Positions 8,538-18,511 of a DNA stretch of 64,000 nucleotides are shown piece by piece (position 1 is the first letter of the stretch; every line of letters begins with the position of its first letter). A program made the translations under genes and the position numbers. The stretch lies in IMG/VR virus record IMGVR_UViG_3300002855_000209, positions 851 to 64,850 of that record; one strand, 5' to 3'. A model generated the notes under the pieces. It had not been told where the DNA came from and ran no database searches. It was given only the letters and a program-made list of their open reading frames with translations. Source of the stretch: a virus.

Positions 8538-9221
8538 ATGAATAAACTATTAACGATTCTGTTATTAAGTGCTGCGGTTACTGCATGTAACAACCCTAAT
8601 AGCGCGACCAAAATTGCACAAGTGCAGAGTGAGCAATCGAATAATTCAAAAGAAGTATTAAAACCCCTTGTGGCAGAGTTTGATGAAATTATGAGTTCTC
8701 TTCAGACTGAAGCTGACATTACATCTACGCAAGCAAAATTGGAAAAACTTTTAAAGAAATTTCCAGATGACAATGACTCAAGCATACAAGTGCAAAAGTT
8801 AAAATTAAAAGTCCTGCTTCAACTAGGCTATTTAAATGAAGCGGATATTTTGGCAACAAAAATTCTTGCTTTAGATAGCACGGCAAGCATTCAAGAAACA
8901 CAGTGTTTAATTCAAAGAAAATTGCAAAAGCCAGAAAGCCAAATTAATAGCTGTTATGAAAAAGCAGCTAAGCTATATCAAGCACAATACGAAAAATTAA
9001 GTAATGATAATCCACAAAAGCAATATACTCTCTGGTCAAGTTACGCTGCCATGTACCAAGGTGGTCATACTAAATATAAACAAAAGTTGAAAGATCTAGT
9101 TAATGCTCAAACCACTGAAGATGAGAAGCATACTTTTAATACGATGTATGAGAACGTAGTGGACCCAACAGTTATTAAAGAAATTCTTGAATCTATGCCT
9201 TATAAGCAAAAAGCTCATTGA
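8538..9221 (+). CDS. Helical (TPR-like) lipoprotein, putative immunity protein
   Basis: Lipobox VTAC; 6 bp after the PAAR gene; distant paralogue of 9342-9971. Confidence 0.6.
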   Translation: MNKLLTILLLSAAVTACNNPNSATKIAQVQSEQSNNSKEVLKPLVAEFDEIMSSLQTEADITSTQAKLEKLLKKFPDDNDSSIQVQKLKLKVLLQLGYLNEADILATKILALDSTASIQETQCLIQRKLQKPESQINSCYEKAAKLYQAQYEKLSNDNPQKQYTLWSSYAAMYQGGHTKYKQKLKDLVNAQTTEDEKHTFNTMYENVVDPTVIKEILESMPYKQKAH

Positions 9222-9341
9222 AGATCATTTTTTACATCCATATATTAGAATAGCTCTAATTATTTAGGGCTTTTTATAGTGCTTTAATCTAAATGTGGTC
9301 CAGAAAAAGGCATACTCCCTAAAGTAGACTCAATCATAAGT

Positions 9342-9971
9342 ATGAAAAAGTATTTAACCATATTTATCGTTTATTCATCATTTCTTGGTGGCTGTAGCAA
9401 TGTTTCGGATAGTAAAAAACAAAGCGAAATCACAGCACCTAAGCCGATATCTGCCGAAGATCAGAAAATTATAGATAAACATAATGAGTATGTTGAAAAA
9501 TATTCTATGGAAGATAGAGAAGTCTTCCAGAAGCACATGCGGGAAATACTCCCTGAGGTCGATAAAATTACGAACAAACGTAAACGTGAACTACTTCAAA
9601 TGAATATTTATATGATTTTGAATGACTATGAGAAAGCACACGCATTGAATGATAAGCAACTTGCGGAGAAGTCAAATGACACAGCAAGACTTACATTTAG
9701 ATGTCAGTTGTTTACCATTCAAGGGAAAGAAGCAACTTTGGTTAATAAATGCTATGACCATGTTGCAGAGGTTCTAAAAATGGAACTAGGCAAACCAGAA
9801 AACAAGACCGATCCTGATTATAAGATAGGCGAGTTCTCATACTTGTATGCAAAATATAAAGCTGGACACCCTGAGTATAAAGAGAAAATGCAAGAGTACA
9901 TTGCAGAAATTAAAGATGAAAAATTAAAGGCAACTTTAACATCACTTTATAATGTGGAATTTGAAAATTAG
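9342..9971 (+). CDS. Helical lipoprotein, putative immunity paralogue
   Basis: Lipobox LGGC; shares CQL...CY(D/E) and Y..GH..YK.K motifs with 8538-9221. Confidence 0.6.
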   Translation: MKKYLTIFIVYSSFLGGCSNVSDSKKQSEITAPKPISAEDQKIIDKHNEYVEKYSMEDREVFQKHMREILPEVDKITNKRKRELLQMNIYMILNDYEKAHALNDKQLAEKSNDTARLTFRCQLFTIQGKEATLVNKCYDHVAEVLKMELGKPENKTDPDYKIGEFSYLYAKYKAGHPEYKEKMQEYIAEIKDEKLKATLTSLYNVEFEN

Positions 9972-10245
9972 ACAAAAATAGCCCTGATTCCTCAGGGCTT
10001 TTTCTTGAATCATTATTTTTACTTTTTTATAAAGACAATATTTTTCAGTAGTTTATAAAATAATAGCCTGTAATTATAGTAGATATAAAAATCATGTAAT
10101 TTAAAAATATAAAAAAACAAACGGTTATGAGTTTTTTACCAATTGATACAAAAAAGGCTTCCATAAATAAACAAAAACAAGATAAGAATATAGATTATAA
10201 AATCACTATGTAACTATTTTTAGCTTGAGAAACGAATTACCTCTT

Positions 10246-10737
10246 ATGAAAAAGAATATTATTTTACTTTCAGCTTCATTATTAATTATCACACTAAATG
10301 GATGTGATTTTAATAATTATAAATCGGAAAATTTAGAAAGAGAAAAAACATCTTCTGTAATAAATAAAAATCAAAAAAACCAACAAGATTCGTTATTTAT
10401 AGCTTCATTTCCTAATACTCAAATTGTTGATAATGTATTTTTTCTTGATAAAGAAGTGCCTATAAAAATACAAGTTAAAGATAATTGTCTATCAGTCCAC
10501 TTAGAGGATGATAGCAATAAAGATTATTTATTAATTTTAAATAAAAAACAAAAAGTTATTTACAACTCAAATGGAGGTTTAGAAGCAATTCAAGATACTA
10601 AAACGAATAAAACAATTAAGTTAAATACGAAAGCAGGCATTGGAGGTGTCTCTTTTGAAAGCTCAAAAGTAAAATTTAATATTAATCCCCCAGAAAATTG
10701 CCCGAATGAATATATTATTTTAGGAGATTTCCTTTGA
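10246..10737 (+). CDS. Lipoprotein (two-Cys/GG family, paralogue A)
   Basis: Probable ATG at 10246 (MKKNIIL); lipobox LNGC; NCL...GIGG...PENC. Confidence 0.65.
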   Translation: MKKNIILLSASLLIITLNGCDFNNYKSENLEREKTSSVINKNQKNQQDSLFIASFPNTQIVDNVFFLDKEVPIKIQVKDNCLSVHLEDDSNKDYLLILNKKQKVIYNSNGGLEAIQDTKTNKTIKLNTKAGIGGVSFESSKVKFNINPPENCPNEYIILGDFL

Positions 10738-11987
10738 AAACGTTAAGTAATAAAATAACATTATTTTTAATGAGTGGATTATTTGCTACTTGTACTTATG
10801 CAAATCCTTCTATTTCTTCTGTTGAAAAGAAATACAAACTTAGTAAATCGGAAGCAAAAAAGAGAATCGATTTACAAGAAAAAGTAATAGCTTTATCTGA
10901 GAAATTAAATCAGATGAATGATCCAAATTACGCGGACATGTATATACAGCATGTTCCTGTATATAAAATTATAGTGATGTTTTCCGACAATAAGGATCGC
11001 TTTGATTTTTTAAAATCATTAGATCCTGAGATAAGACAATTTGTTCAGGTCAAACAAGTGAAAAAATCTCGTAATGAGACCAATAAAAAATTAGATGAAA
11101 TTAACCAATTATTTACTACTTCTAATATTCCTTTTTCATCTGTGTATGATCTTGAAAAACAAAAGTTCTTAGTAACTGTAGAAAACAATAGCAATTTACA
11201 AACTCTGCAAAGATTATTTACGTCGAAACAAAATCTACTTTCCAGTCCAGATGAAATTTCCTTTAACATTGGAAACATTCCTAAAATACAAGCTGCTCCA
11301 ACGGGCGTACAACCTGGCGATAGATTATATGGTGGTAATCCTGTTTGGAGTAGCGCTGGTGCTACTGGTTATAGATGTACTTTAGGCTATGCTGTTAGTT
11401 ATATTTCGGGAGGCGTATCAAAGAAAGGAATTTTAACAGCAGGTCATTGTGATAATGCATATTTTGCCAATATGGGTAACCATGATGTGCTTCTATATAG
11501 CCCTATTATTGAAAAGCCTCATCAAGCACAAGATGGTATTGCAGATAAGTATGACTATCAGATTTGGGAAACCACTGGTCTAGTTGTTGATAATAAAATC
11601 CAATACAAAGATTTAAATGGTATTCCTGAGTTTCCTGCCTCTGGAATACTAAACTTAACTTCAATTACTACTTTCCTCAACCAAAAAAAAGGTATGTTTG
11701 TTTGTAAATCAGGAGCAGTAACAGGAATTACATGTGGTGAAATTTTAAATGGAAATGCAACGCATGACGGTGTTGCTGGATGGATTCAAGTTGGAAATAG
11801 TAGTCAGGCTAATATAAGTACAGGCGGTGATAGCGGTGGACCATGGTTCATATATCCTGGCTCCTCTTCTAACATTTCTGGTGTGGGTATTCACACAGCA
11901 GGTTCAGATAATCCTGATATAGCTATTTATATGCCTATTGATTATATTGATGATCATATTTCATCTGTAAACACAATTAAGCAATAA
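10734..11987 (+). CDS. Secreted S1 (alpha-lytic/chymotrypsin-like) serine protease with prodomain
   Basis: Signal peptide; CTLG, TAGHC, DY, GDSGGP catalytic motifs; 4-bp overlap with upstream lipoprotein. Confidence 0.85.
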   Translation: MKTLSNKITLFLMSGLFATCTYANPSISSVEKKYKLSKSEAKKRIDLQEKVIALSEKLNQMNDPNYADMYIQHVPVYKIIVMFSDNKDRFDFLKSLDPEIRQFVQVKQVKKSRNETNKKLDEINQLFTTSNIPFSSVYDLEKQKFLVTVENNSNLQTLQRLFTSKQNLLSSPDEISFNIGNIPKIQAAPTGVQPGDRLYGGNPVWSSAGATGYRCTLGYAVSYISGGVSKKGILTAGHCDNAYFANMGNHDVLLYSPIIEKPHQAQDGIADKYDYQIWETTGLVVDNKIQYKDLNGIPEFPASGILNLTSITTFLNQKKGMFVCKSGAVTGITCGEILNGNATHDGVAGWIQVGNSSQANISTGGDSGGPWFIYPGSSSNISGVGIHTAGSDNPDIAIYMPIDYIDDHISSVNTIKQ

Positions 11988-12045
11988 TTATTTCAAACTA
12001 AATCTTGATAATTATGCATGTTAACCTGCCTAAAAAGAGCCCTCA

Positions 12046-12141
12046 TTAGAGGGCTTTCAAACCAATATCTACACTAACATTGCTATTAATCGTATGAGCG
12101 GCATCGTGTAATAGAGTACATTCCAATAAGGCTTTAAACAT
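12046..12141 (-). pseudogene. Relic copy 2 of lysis-linked micro-lipoprotein gene
   Basis: MFKALLECTLLHDAAHTINSNVSVDIGLKAL*; lipobox lost; stop embedded in the same terminator hairpin as copy 1. Confidence 0.65.
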
Positions 12142-12371
12142 CGATTGGCACTATATCGACAATTTGACCAGCTACTCATAATGACATTTATCACCATTAA
12201 TCAAAAACAAATGAGATCGGTCCGCTGAGTAAAGCTTAAAGCTGTAGTCCTGTTTATTCGGGTGAAAGGAACAGCCTTAGTTAAAGGTAATGGAATCGAG
12301 CAATGTGATGAATACTATTACATGTCTACTGACGAACTTTATAATTTAGGCTTTTCATTAGTATATTAATT

Positions 12372-12800
12372 ATGAATAAAAGACGTATTTTAATCACTTT
12401 TCAAACTGGATTGATTATCTTGCTTAATGGATGTACCAATCCTCCTCAGCCTCAAAATAAAGTTATTGTGCCAAAAATTGCTTACTCAGGTGGTGCTGAT
12501 AATGCGAGCTATAGTGAAGCACAAATCAAAATTGAAGGTTCTTGTGTTTATTTAATGCATGAAAGTGATCGAGTCCTTCCTGTTTTTGCAACTAAAGATG
12601 CTCATTGGGATAGCAATAAGCATCTTTTAATTGTTGACTCAAAAGAATATAAAGATCGTGACACTATTGCTTATGGTAGTGGAGAGGCTTATCCCCTTAA
12701 TTTGAATGACTACAACTGGATCGTTAAACCTGATACTACATGTGATCTAAGTAAAGGGATTATTATCAATCAACTTATAGAACCTATTACTAAAAAGTAA
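12372..12800 (+). CDS. Lipoprotein (two-Cys/GG family, paralogue B)
   Basis: Lipobox LNGC; GSCVYL...GSG...PDTTC. Confidence 0.65.
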   Translation: MNKRRILITFQTGLIILLNGCTNPPQPQNKVIVPKIAYSGGADNASYSEAQIKIEGSCVYLMHESDRVLPVFATKDAHWDSNKHLLIVDSKEYKDRDTIAYGSGEAYPLNLNDYNWIVKPDTTCDLSKGIIINQLIEPITKK

Positions 12801-12815
12801 AGAAAAAGCCCTTAT

Positions 12816-13235
12816 ATGAAAATACAACTCTTATTATCTTTAATGACTATTAGCCTTACATCTTGCATGGTAAAGCCTACTATAGCTAACAATGAAGAGA
12901 TCTTTATTCAACCGATACTTATCACAAGCAATACGAGAAGTAATGTTTCAATGATGGCTTCAACACATGGAAAGCTTATTGCAGATAAAAATGGATGTAT
13001 CAGACTCGGCGATGAAACGGGTCCATTAATTATTTGGCGCTATGGCAGCAAATTAGAAAATCTAGGAAATAATATATTTAAAATTACCAATGGTTTTTCA
13101 AATCGATCTGCTTTAATTGGCGAAGAGGTATCAATAGGAGGTGGTTCATATGAAGTAAAATCTACACAAGTCACCCCTTCTGTTCCGGAGGCTTGCACAA
13201 ATCATGGTTACTGGCTAGCTGGACCTATGGACTAA
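12816..13235 (+). CDS. Lipoprotein (two-Cys/GG family, paralogue C)
   Basis: Lipobox LTSC; GKL...NGCIRL...IGGG...PEAC. Confidence 0.65.
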   Translation: MKIQLLLSLMTISLTSCMVKPTIANNEEIFIQPILITSNTRSNVSMMASTHGKLIADKNGCIRLGDETGPLIIWRYGSKLENLGNNIFKITNGFSNRSALIGEEVSIGGGSYEVKSTQVTPSVPEACTNHGYWLAGPMD

Positions 13236-13371
13236 TATATATAATAGTTATCACCTAGAGATTATCACAATAAAATTTGTTCTTATTAATTTTGTTTACT
13301 ATTAATTAAAATAACTATAATATTTTGCATTAATAAAAATTAATTTATAAATTCTCACTAAAGGAATAAAA

Positions 13372-13986
13372 ATGGAATTTTTACCCATCGAAAACAATGG
13401 TGAAAAGGTCTTTGCTGGTTTTTGGAAACGTCTAGGTGCTGCAATTATTGATATAATTGTATTCCTACCTGTAATGTTTATCAGTTATTACATTCAAAGT
13501 ATCTCAATGCTAACCGCAATGCTCACTACAATTATTTTAACTCCTTTATTTTATTTATATATAATTTATTTTCATTACAAATTTGGTGCGACTATCGGAA
13601 AAATGGTAGTAGCTATCCAGATAACTCTACCTAATGGTCATAAGATCGGTCTTAAAGAAGCTGTACTAAGATCTTCAGTAGAAATTGTCATTACCTGTTT
13701 TGTAGTTACAGCCCAACTCATAGCTTTAAACCATGCTGATTCAGTTATTTATCTTAATGCGGAATTGTTAGATCGGGCAAAATACTTAGTACTATTGTTA
13801 CCCACTTGGTATGGTTTAATAAACCTATTGAATCAAGCATGGTTCTGGAGTGAGTTCATAGTTTTACTTTTTAATAAAAGAAAACGTGCAATACATGACT
13901 TTATTGCAGGAACTGTGGTGATCAAAAAAAAATATTCTAAAGATCAAATCCCTAACCCATTTACCAGAAAAGTTATCGCTAGTTAA
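13372..13986 (+). CDS. RDD-family membrane protein
   Basis: FAGFWKRLGAAIID, GATIGK, RAIHDFIAGTVV RDD signatures. Confidence 0.85.
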   Translation: MEFLPIENNGEKVFAGFWKRLGAAIIDIIVFLPVMFISYYIQSISMLTAMLTTIILTPLFYLYIIYFHYKFGATIGKMVVAIQITLPNGHKIGLKEAVLRSSVEIVITCFVVTAQLIALNHADSVIYLNAELLDRAKYLVLLLPTWYGLINLLNQAWFWSEFIVLLFNKRKRAIHDFIAGTVVIKKKYSKDQIPNPFTRKVIAS

Positions 13987-14045
13987 ATTAATACGGACAA
14001 TTATGCACTAGGTTTTTCAGTTAAAAATTTTATAAAAAGCTCTCA

Positions 14046-14143
14046 TTAGAGAGCTTTCACACAAATTTCTACACTCACATTATTTTGATAGCATGAGCTG
14101 TACATCCTGATAATAGAAAGCACAGCAGTACTAAAGCTTTCAT
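14046..14143 (-). pseudogene. Micro-lipoprotein downstream of endolysin, 1-nt frameshift (copy 1)
   Basis: ATGA overlap with endolysin stop; MKALVLLCFLLSGCTAHAI then frameshift, shifted frame continues NNVSVEICVKAL*; span 98 nt; in-frame product stops at 14075 (22 aa). Confidence 0.65.
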
Positions 14144-14715
14144 AAAGAAACCCTATTAGCGATCCAACCGTAAAAGAATTGCTCTTGGCTTGAATTGCGT
14201 TCACAGATTTCAATATAGCGTTGACCTTGCATGATGTTAAGAACTCGAATTAATACCTTCTCTCCTTCTTTCCCACGTTTGGCCAGATAAGTTTTAAGTG
14301 CATTCAAAGTTGCTGGTCCATATATTCCATCTACTGATAAATCTGGCCAACCTGCCTTACCTTGATTATTAAGCAAATTTAAAGCGCGCTGTAAAAGTGG
14401 TTTCGCAAAGCCAGTACCGCAGTTCACACCAGTATCTAAAAGCTCTTCAGCTATAGCTGAAGAAATATAATTCACTTGGTCAAATCGCGGAACCGTCCAA
14501 TAGTTTTTGCGATAAATTGTTTTCGCCACATCCAGCGGCAAATCTTTCATATTGCCTTTGAATCCATTTGCTCGAGCAACTGCTTCAGTAATGCCGTACT
14601 TTGTTGCGCCGCCACGGTCCGCAGGGTTATTTACATAGCCGCCTTCACGTTTAATAAGTTCTTCAAGATATTGATCAATGTTCATTTCGGTTTCCTTTAG
14701 TCGTAAAAAAGCCAC
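14140..14715 (-). CDS. Endolysin, glycoside hydrolase family 108 with peptidoglycan-binding C-terminus
   Basis: REGGYVNNPADRGGATKYGIT catalytic motif; DGIYGPAT; FFYGW. Confidence 0.92.
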   Translation of the reverse strand: MAFLRLKETEMNIDQYLEELIKREGGYVNNPADRGGATKYGITEAVARANGFKGNMKDLPLDVAKTIYRKNYWTVPRFDQVNYISSAIAEELLDTGVNCGTGFAKPLLQRALNLLNNQGKAGWPDLSVDGIYGPATLNALKTYLAKRGKEGEKVLIRVLNIMQGQRYIEICERNSSQEQFFYGWIANRVSL

Positions 14716-14746
14716 CCGTAGGTGGCGCAGTTTTTTTCAAGTTGGT

Positions 14747-14896
14747 TCATGCTTTTATAGAAGCAATTATTACATCCAACTTCCACATTAAGATTGGTAT
14801 GGAAAACAAAAGAATAAATGCAACTATTGTTTGCCATAAGCCGTACTTTTCAATAGATACTTTCATAAGCTCCACTATTGGTTTAAAATGCTCCAT
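14747..14896 (-). CDS. 49-aa single-TM peptide behind conserved leader (unit A)
   Basis: MEHFKPIVELMKVSIEKYGLWQTIVAFILLFSIPILMWKLDVIIASIKA; AAGGAG RBS; leader hairpin 14939-14972. Confidence 0.6.
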   Translation of the reverse strand: MEHFKPIVELMKVSIEKYGLWQTIVAFILLFSIPILMWKLDVIIASIKA

Positions 14897-15082
14897 ATAG
14901 ATATATCTTCTCCTTAATCTAGCTTTGGTTAAGTTGATAAAAAAACCTCAGTGCGCCAACACTGGGGTTTTTGCTTTTTGATCATAGAAAACTTAACTAT
15001 GAGTTTCCTCCGGCCCGGTTTCCATGTAATAAAAAACCGCCCGAAGGCGGCTGTTGAAAGAAATTTGTTACTTATATAGTTT

Positions 15083-15955
15083 TTACAAAGCTACCCCGCA
15101 AATGTCCTTAGCGCCAGTAGGATAAGTAAACTGCATTTTTGACTTATCTGTAACCAACTGAAGCCCAACCGTTTTACCAGTCAAGGTAGAGTTAGCAAAG
15201 TGGTCTTGATTGATTACTCCCGTATAGCTCATATATTTTAATTTATTTTCCATAATGAGATTCGTATAACCATAGTTCATTCCATTAATGATATAACCAA
15301 CTTGTTTAGTATTCTGGTTTACATAAATACCAACTCTTACTTTTCCATCAGCAGGAACTTGTACTGGATTAGTTGTATTAGCTAAGCTTAAAGGTGCTAA
15401 CTTACCTGTACCATCGGCTTTATAACTTAATCCTAATAAATAAATAGCATCGCCATTCATTACACCAGAATAATTATTACCTTTACTAAATATCACATTT
15501 AATGTGAATTCTGCTCTATTCTGAGAAGAACCAGTAAGAAAAAAACCATATTGGTACATCTGAGAACTAGTACCAAGATTAATTTTTATATTATTTACAT
15601 CAAAAATGAATTCCTGAACAAATATATCTGATGTAGCAATAGTCTTATCGATTAAAGGAACATTATCTGGAGTATCTAACACATACTGTGTTTTAAACTG
15701 CGTATATTTTTTTGAAGCCAGATATAAATCAACATCTTTGTTTGAGTAATATTTGATAAGGTCATAACCTGATTGATTAGCGCTATTAATATTAGCAACT
15801 TGCTCAATATAGCGATAATTGGCTGAACTTCCTCCTTTTGCAGCTTCTAAAGCTTTTAAATCCTGTAGGGTTGCATCAAAGCTATATGTACATTCTGCAA
15901 AAGCACCAGTTACACTACTGAAACCCATTATTGTTGCTAAAATTATCTTTTTCAC
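15083..15955 (-). CDS. Secreted DUF4882-like protein (copy 1)
   Basis: Signal peptide then CTYSFDAT; GKVRVGIYVNQ...GYIING.NYGY; paralogue at 36382. Confidence 0.7.
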   Translation of the reverse strand: MKKIILATIMGFSSVTGAFAECTYSFDATLQDLKALEAAKGGSSANYRYIEQVANINSANQSGYDLIKYYSNKDVDLYLASKKYTQFKTQYVLDTPDNVPLIDKTIATSDIFVQEFIFDVNNIKINLGTSSQMYQYGFFLTGSSQNRAEFTLNVIFSKGNNYSGVMNGDAIYLLGLSYKADGTGKLAPLSLANTTNPVQVPADGKVRVGIYVNQNTKQVGYIINGMNYGYTNLIMENKLKYMSYTGVINQDHFANSTLTGKTVGLQLVTDKSKMQFTYPTGAKDICGVAL

Positions 15956-16073
15956 GGCGTTATCCTGTTTTTATTTTGAACATTTAGTATAAACAAGTCT
16001 CTAAATCATTTGATTAATTCCGACAGATGACAGAAATATATATGAACTATTAAAAAATACCGCCCGAAGGCGG

Positions 16074-16463
16074 TTAACTATTTTGAATATCATCTTTGGC
16101 TTTTTTAACTTCTTTAATTACTTCGACAATCGTCTTGCCTTCTTGTTTATCAATAAAGTTAAAGATCCAACGGACCAGTGCCCAACCAGGAATACCGCAT
16201 ATAAAGAAGAAGCCCCCTAAGGCAATCATTCCCCATACATCAGTAACCCATTCATGAAGTCCCCACTTCACGATAATGAATGAGCCACCAGCTAAACTAG
16301 ATACAACTGTACAAATGAGCCCTACAGCCCACTCTTGAGGTGAGCGTGGCATACGTGTCATCAATACAACTGCTGCAACTAAAGCGACCGCTAAAGTCAC
16401 CATGATTGCCGCACCGTAAAATTTTAAAAGTGCTGTTAGACCACTAGTGGAAACTGGTTCCAT
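16074..16463 (-). CDS. Putative holin
   Basis: Three TM segments and charged C-tail; position between tail genes and endolysin. Confidence 0.7.
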   Translation of the reverse strand: MEPVSTSGLTALLKFYGAAIMVTLAVALVAAVVLMTRMPRSPQEWAVGLICTVVSSLAGGSFIIVKWGLHEWVTDVWGMIALGGFFFICGIPGWALVRWIFNFIDKQEGKTIVEVIKEVKKAKDDIQNS

Positions 16464-16579
16464 TTATATCTCCAAAAATTTTAGACAATAAAAAAGCCCT
16501 GTGCTGTTAAGCAAAGGGCCAAAAGTAAAAAAATTTAGTTTCTATACTTGAATAAAAACCATAAAGTATTTTTATTCAA

Positions 16580-18451
16580 TTAATATAGATATCTTCCAAT
16601 AGCAATTACATCAAAATTGACTGTTGAACTTGTAGAAGAGCTTAAAGCAAAACCAAAAATGTTAGCTGAAGATGCTGTGATATTTTGAGCTTTAGCTGAA
16701 ATACATACATTATCAAGAGATATCGCAACTATAGTCGGTGGTTCAATGAAGGCCTTAGGAAATATCCAATTAAGGTCAGTTGTTTTATATCCGCCCGCAT
16801 GAGCTGTATTAATTGGTACGGTACCACTAATACGATGCCGACAAATCATTGTGCCATCTGCCTGTTGAATCCAAGTACCTGGTGCTCCATCTGTACGAAG
16901 ACCAGATCTATCAAATACTAGCTTACGTGTACCATCTGCAATTTTACTATTAGCGTCTGATGAAATAATTGTTATTTCACCAAGATTAGATTTAGGTCTA
17001 GTACACTGGATATAACTTGGTTTTTGAGCACCTGCTTGAACAGCATTTGATATTAATCTTGTTAAAGTTGGTGGAACTCCTTCTAAAAACTCAAAACCAT
17101 CAATAATAAAGTAGCATTGAGCGCTAGTATAATTAACCGCATTCATTAATCCAATTAATGCACTAGCTTTGCCTATTTTGACATCTTGTAATATAAATCC
17201 AAAAGGCTTTGTATTATATGATGCCGTAACAGATGATGCCCAGTTCATTAGGGAAGCAGCTAAACCACAATCAACAATATAATCTCCAATTGAATAAACC
17301 GGTCCTGAACACTCGGTAACAAAAATTGGTGAACGCACTTCATCCTTATGCATAGTGATTTTGTTTTCAATAGACTTATTATGTCTACCACCTAAACCGA
17401 CCATACCTCTAATAGTACAATTCTTATAGTGAGATTGAGTTGTATTACCATGAAAGTCAGCACAGTGAATCCCAGTATCTACCCCATTCTCTAATATTGC
17501 TTCTTCAATGTATATACGGCGGCAAGGTACACATCCATTTATATTACCTCCTCCTGTGGCTACAGCATGTCTGTACCCAAAACAGTATTTTGGTTTAGCA
17601 ATAATATCTTGACAGTTACTAAAACAAATACCGTAATCAGTTCCAGTAGTTGAATCTCCTTTTTTTATATATTTACCACCCGTAATTCTACAGTTAAAAG
17701 ACCTTTCCAATAAGAATGCATATGATGTACCAACTTTACCCGATAGAGATAGCACCTCCATGTCATTGAATACACTGTCAGCACAATAGGTAACTTTCAA
17801 ACCATATTGATAATCAGACTTAAATTTGATATTTCCTGTGATCCGTAACTTTATTGGTTCTAGCTTAAATACCTTATCCGTTGAAATACCAGTATATGTA
17901 GTTTCTAATTCATCAGTTAATTTAATAGTTGAGCCTTCAACAATGGCAACCCGTTTAATTTCTCCATCTTTATAGTAAGAGCGATACTCACTAAATGAGA
18001 AATCCAATTGATTATGAATAACAATAATATCTTCTTGTTTCAATGTACTAGGTGCTTCTGAAACAATGATTTGTCTATCGTTGGGCAATGGAGCGCTAGC
18101 TATATTACCAAGTAAAGTCAATGATCCTGAAAATGAAAATGCACCATTAATCGATTCAAATGTAATATTACCTTCTATCTCAATTGTCTTATTTACTCCA
18201 TTTACAACAATGTTCCCAACATGTTTATAAATGCTTCCTGAATAGTCATAGAACTTTGTATTATTAGCAATCATATGATCAAAGCAATTTTTAATAGCTT
18301 GTGTATCATCTGCAATACCATCACCTACTGCTCCAAACATTTTTGGATTAACAAAATTATTAATAGCCAAGTTTAAGTTGTTTTGTTCAGTATTTATTTC
18401 ATGCTGACTCTTATTACCATCAATTACATCTATTGCATTTACTGTAGTCAT
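16580..18451 (-). CDS. Tailspike/capsule depolymerase (beta-helix) with tail-fibre-type C-terminal domain
   Basis: VNPKMFGAVGDGIADDTQAI pectate-lyase-3 entry motif; beta-helix-like repeats; C-terminal WIQQADGTMIC...WIFPKAF..PP; likely ATG at 18451. Confidence 0.8.
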   Translation of the reverse strand: MTTVNAIDVIDGNKSQHEINTEQNNLNLAINNFVNPKMFGAVGDGIADDTQAIKNCFDHMIANNTKFYDYSGSIYKHVGNIVVNGVNKTIEIEGNITFESINGAFSFSGSLTLLGNIASAPLPNDRQIIVSEAPSTLKQEDIIVIHNQLDFSFSEYRSYYKDGEIKRVAIVEGSTIKLTDELETTYTGISTDKVFKLEPIKLRITGNIKFKSDYQYGLKVTYCADSVFNDMEVLSLSGKVGTSYAFLLERSFNCRITGGKYIKKGDSTTGTDYGICFSNCQDIIAKPKYCFGYRHAVATGGGNINGCVPCRRIYIEEAILENGVDTGIHCADFHGNTTQSHYKNCTIRGMVGLGGRHNKSIENKITMHKDEVRSPIFVTECSGPVYSIGDYIVDCGLAASLMNWASSVTASYNTKPFGFILQDVKIGKASALIGLMNAVNYTSAQCYFIIDGFEFLEGVPPTLTRLISNAVQAGAQKPSYIQCTRPKSNLGEITIISSDANSKIADGTRKLVFDRSGLRTDGAPGTWIQQADGTMICRHRISGTVPINTAHAGGYKTTDLNWIFPKAFIEPPTIVAISLDNVCISAKAQNITASSANIFGFALSSSTSSTVNFDVIAIGRYLY

Positions 18452-18511
18452 TTTTGTACCTTTAAAAGTTTTAATAAATAAAAAAGCACCCTTCATAGAG
18501 TGCTAATAACA

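Noticed and set aside
12142-12340. Degraded minus-strand ORF upstream of relic copy 2
   Set aside because: Interrupted by stops and no family can be assigned from sequence alone.
7586-14143. CRISPR array or integron attC array explanation for the recurring unit
   Set aside because: Copies are diverged protein-coding relics spaced kilobases apart; no cas or integron integrase genes and no attC core-site structure recognised.
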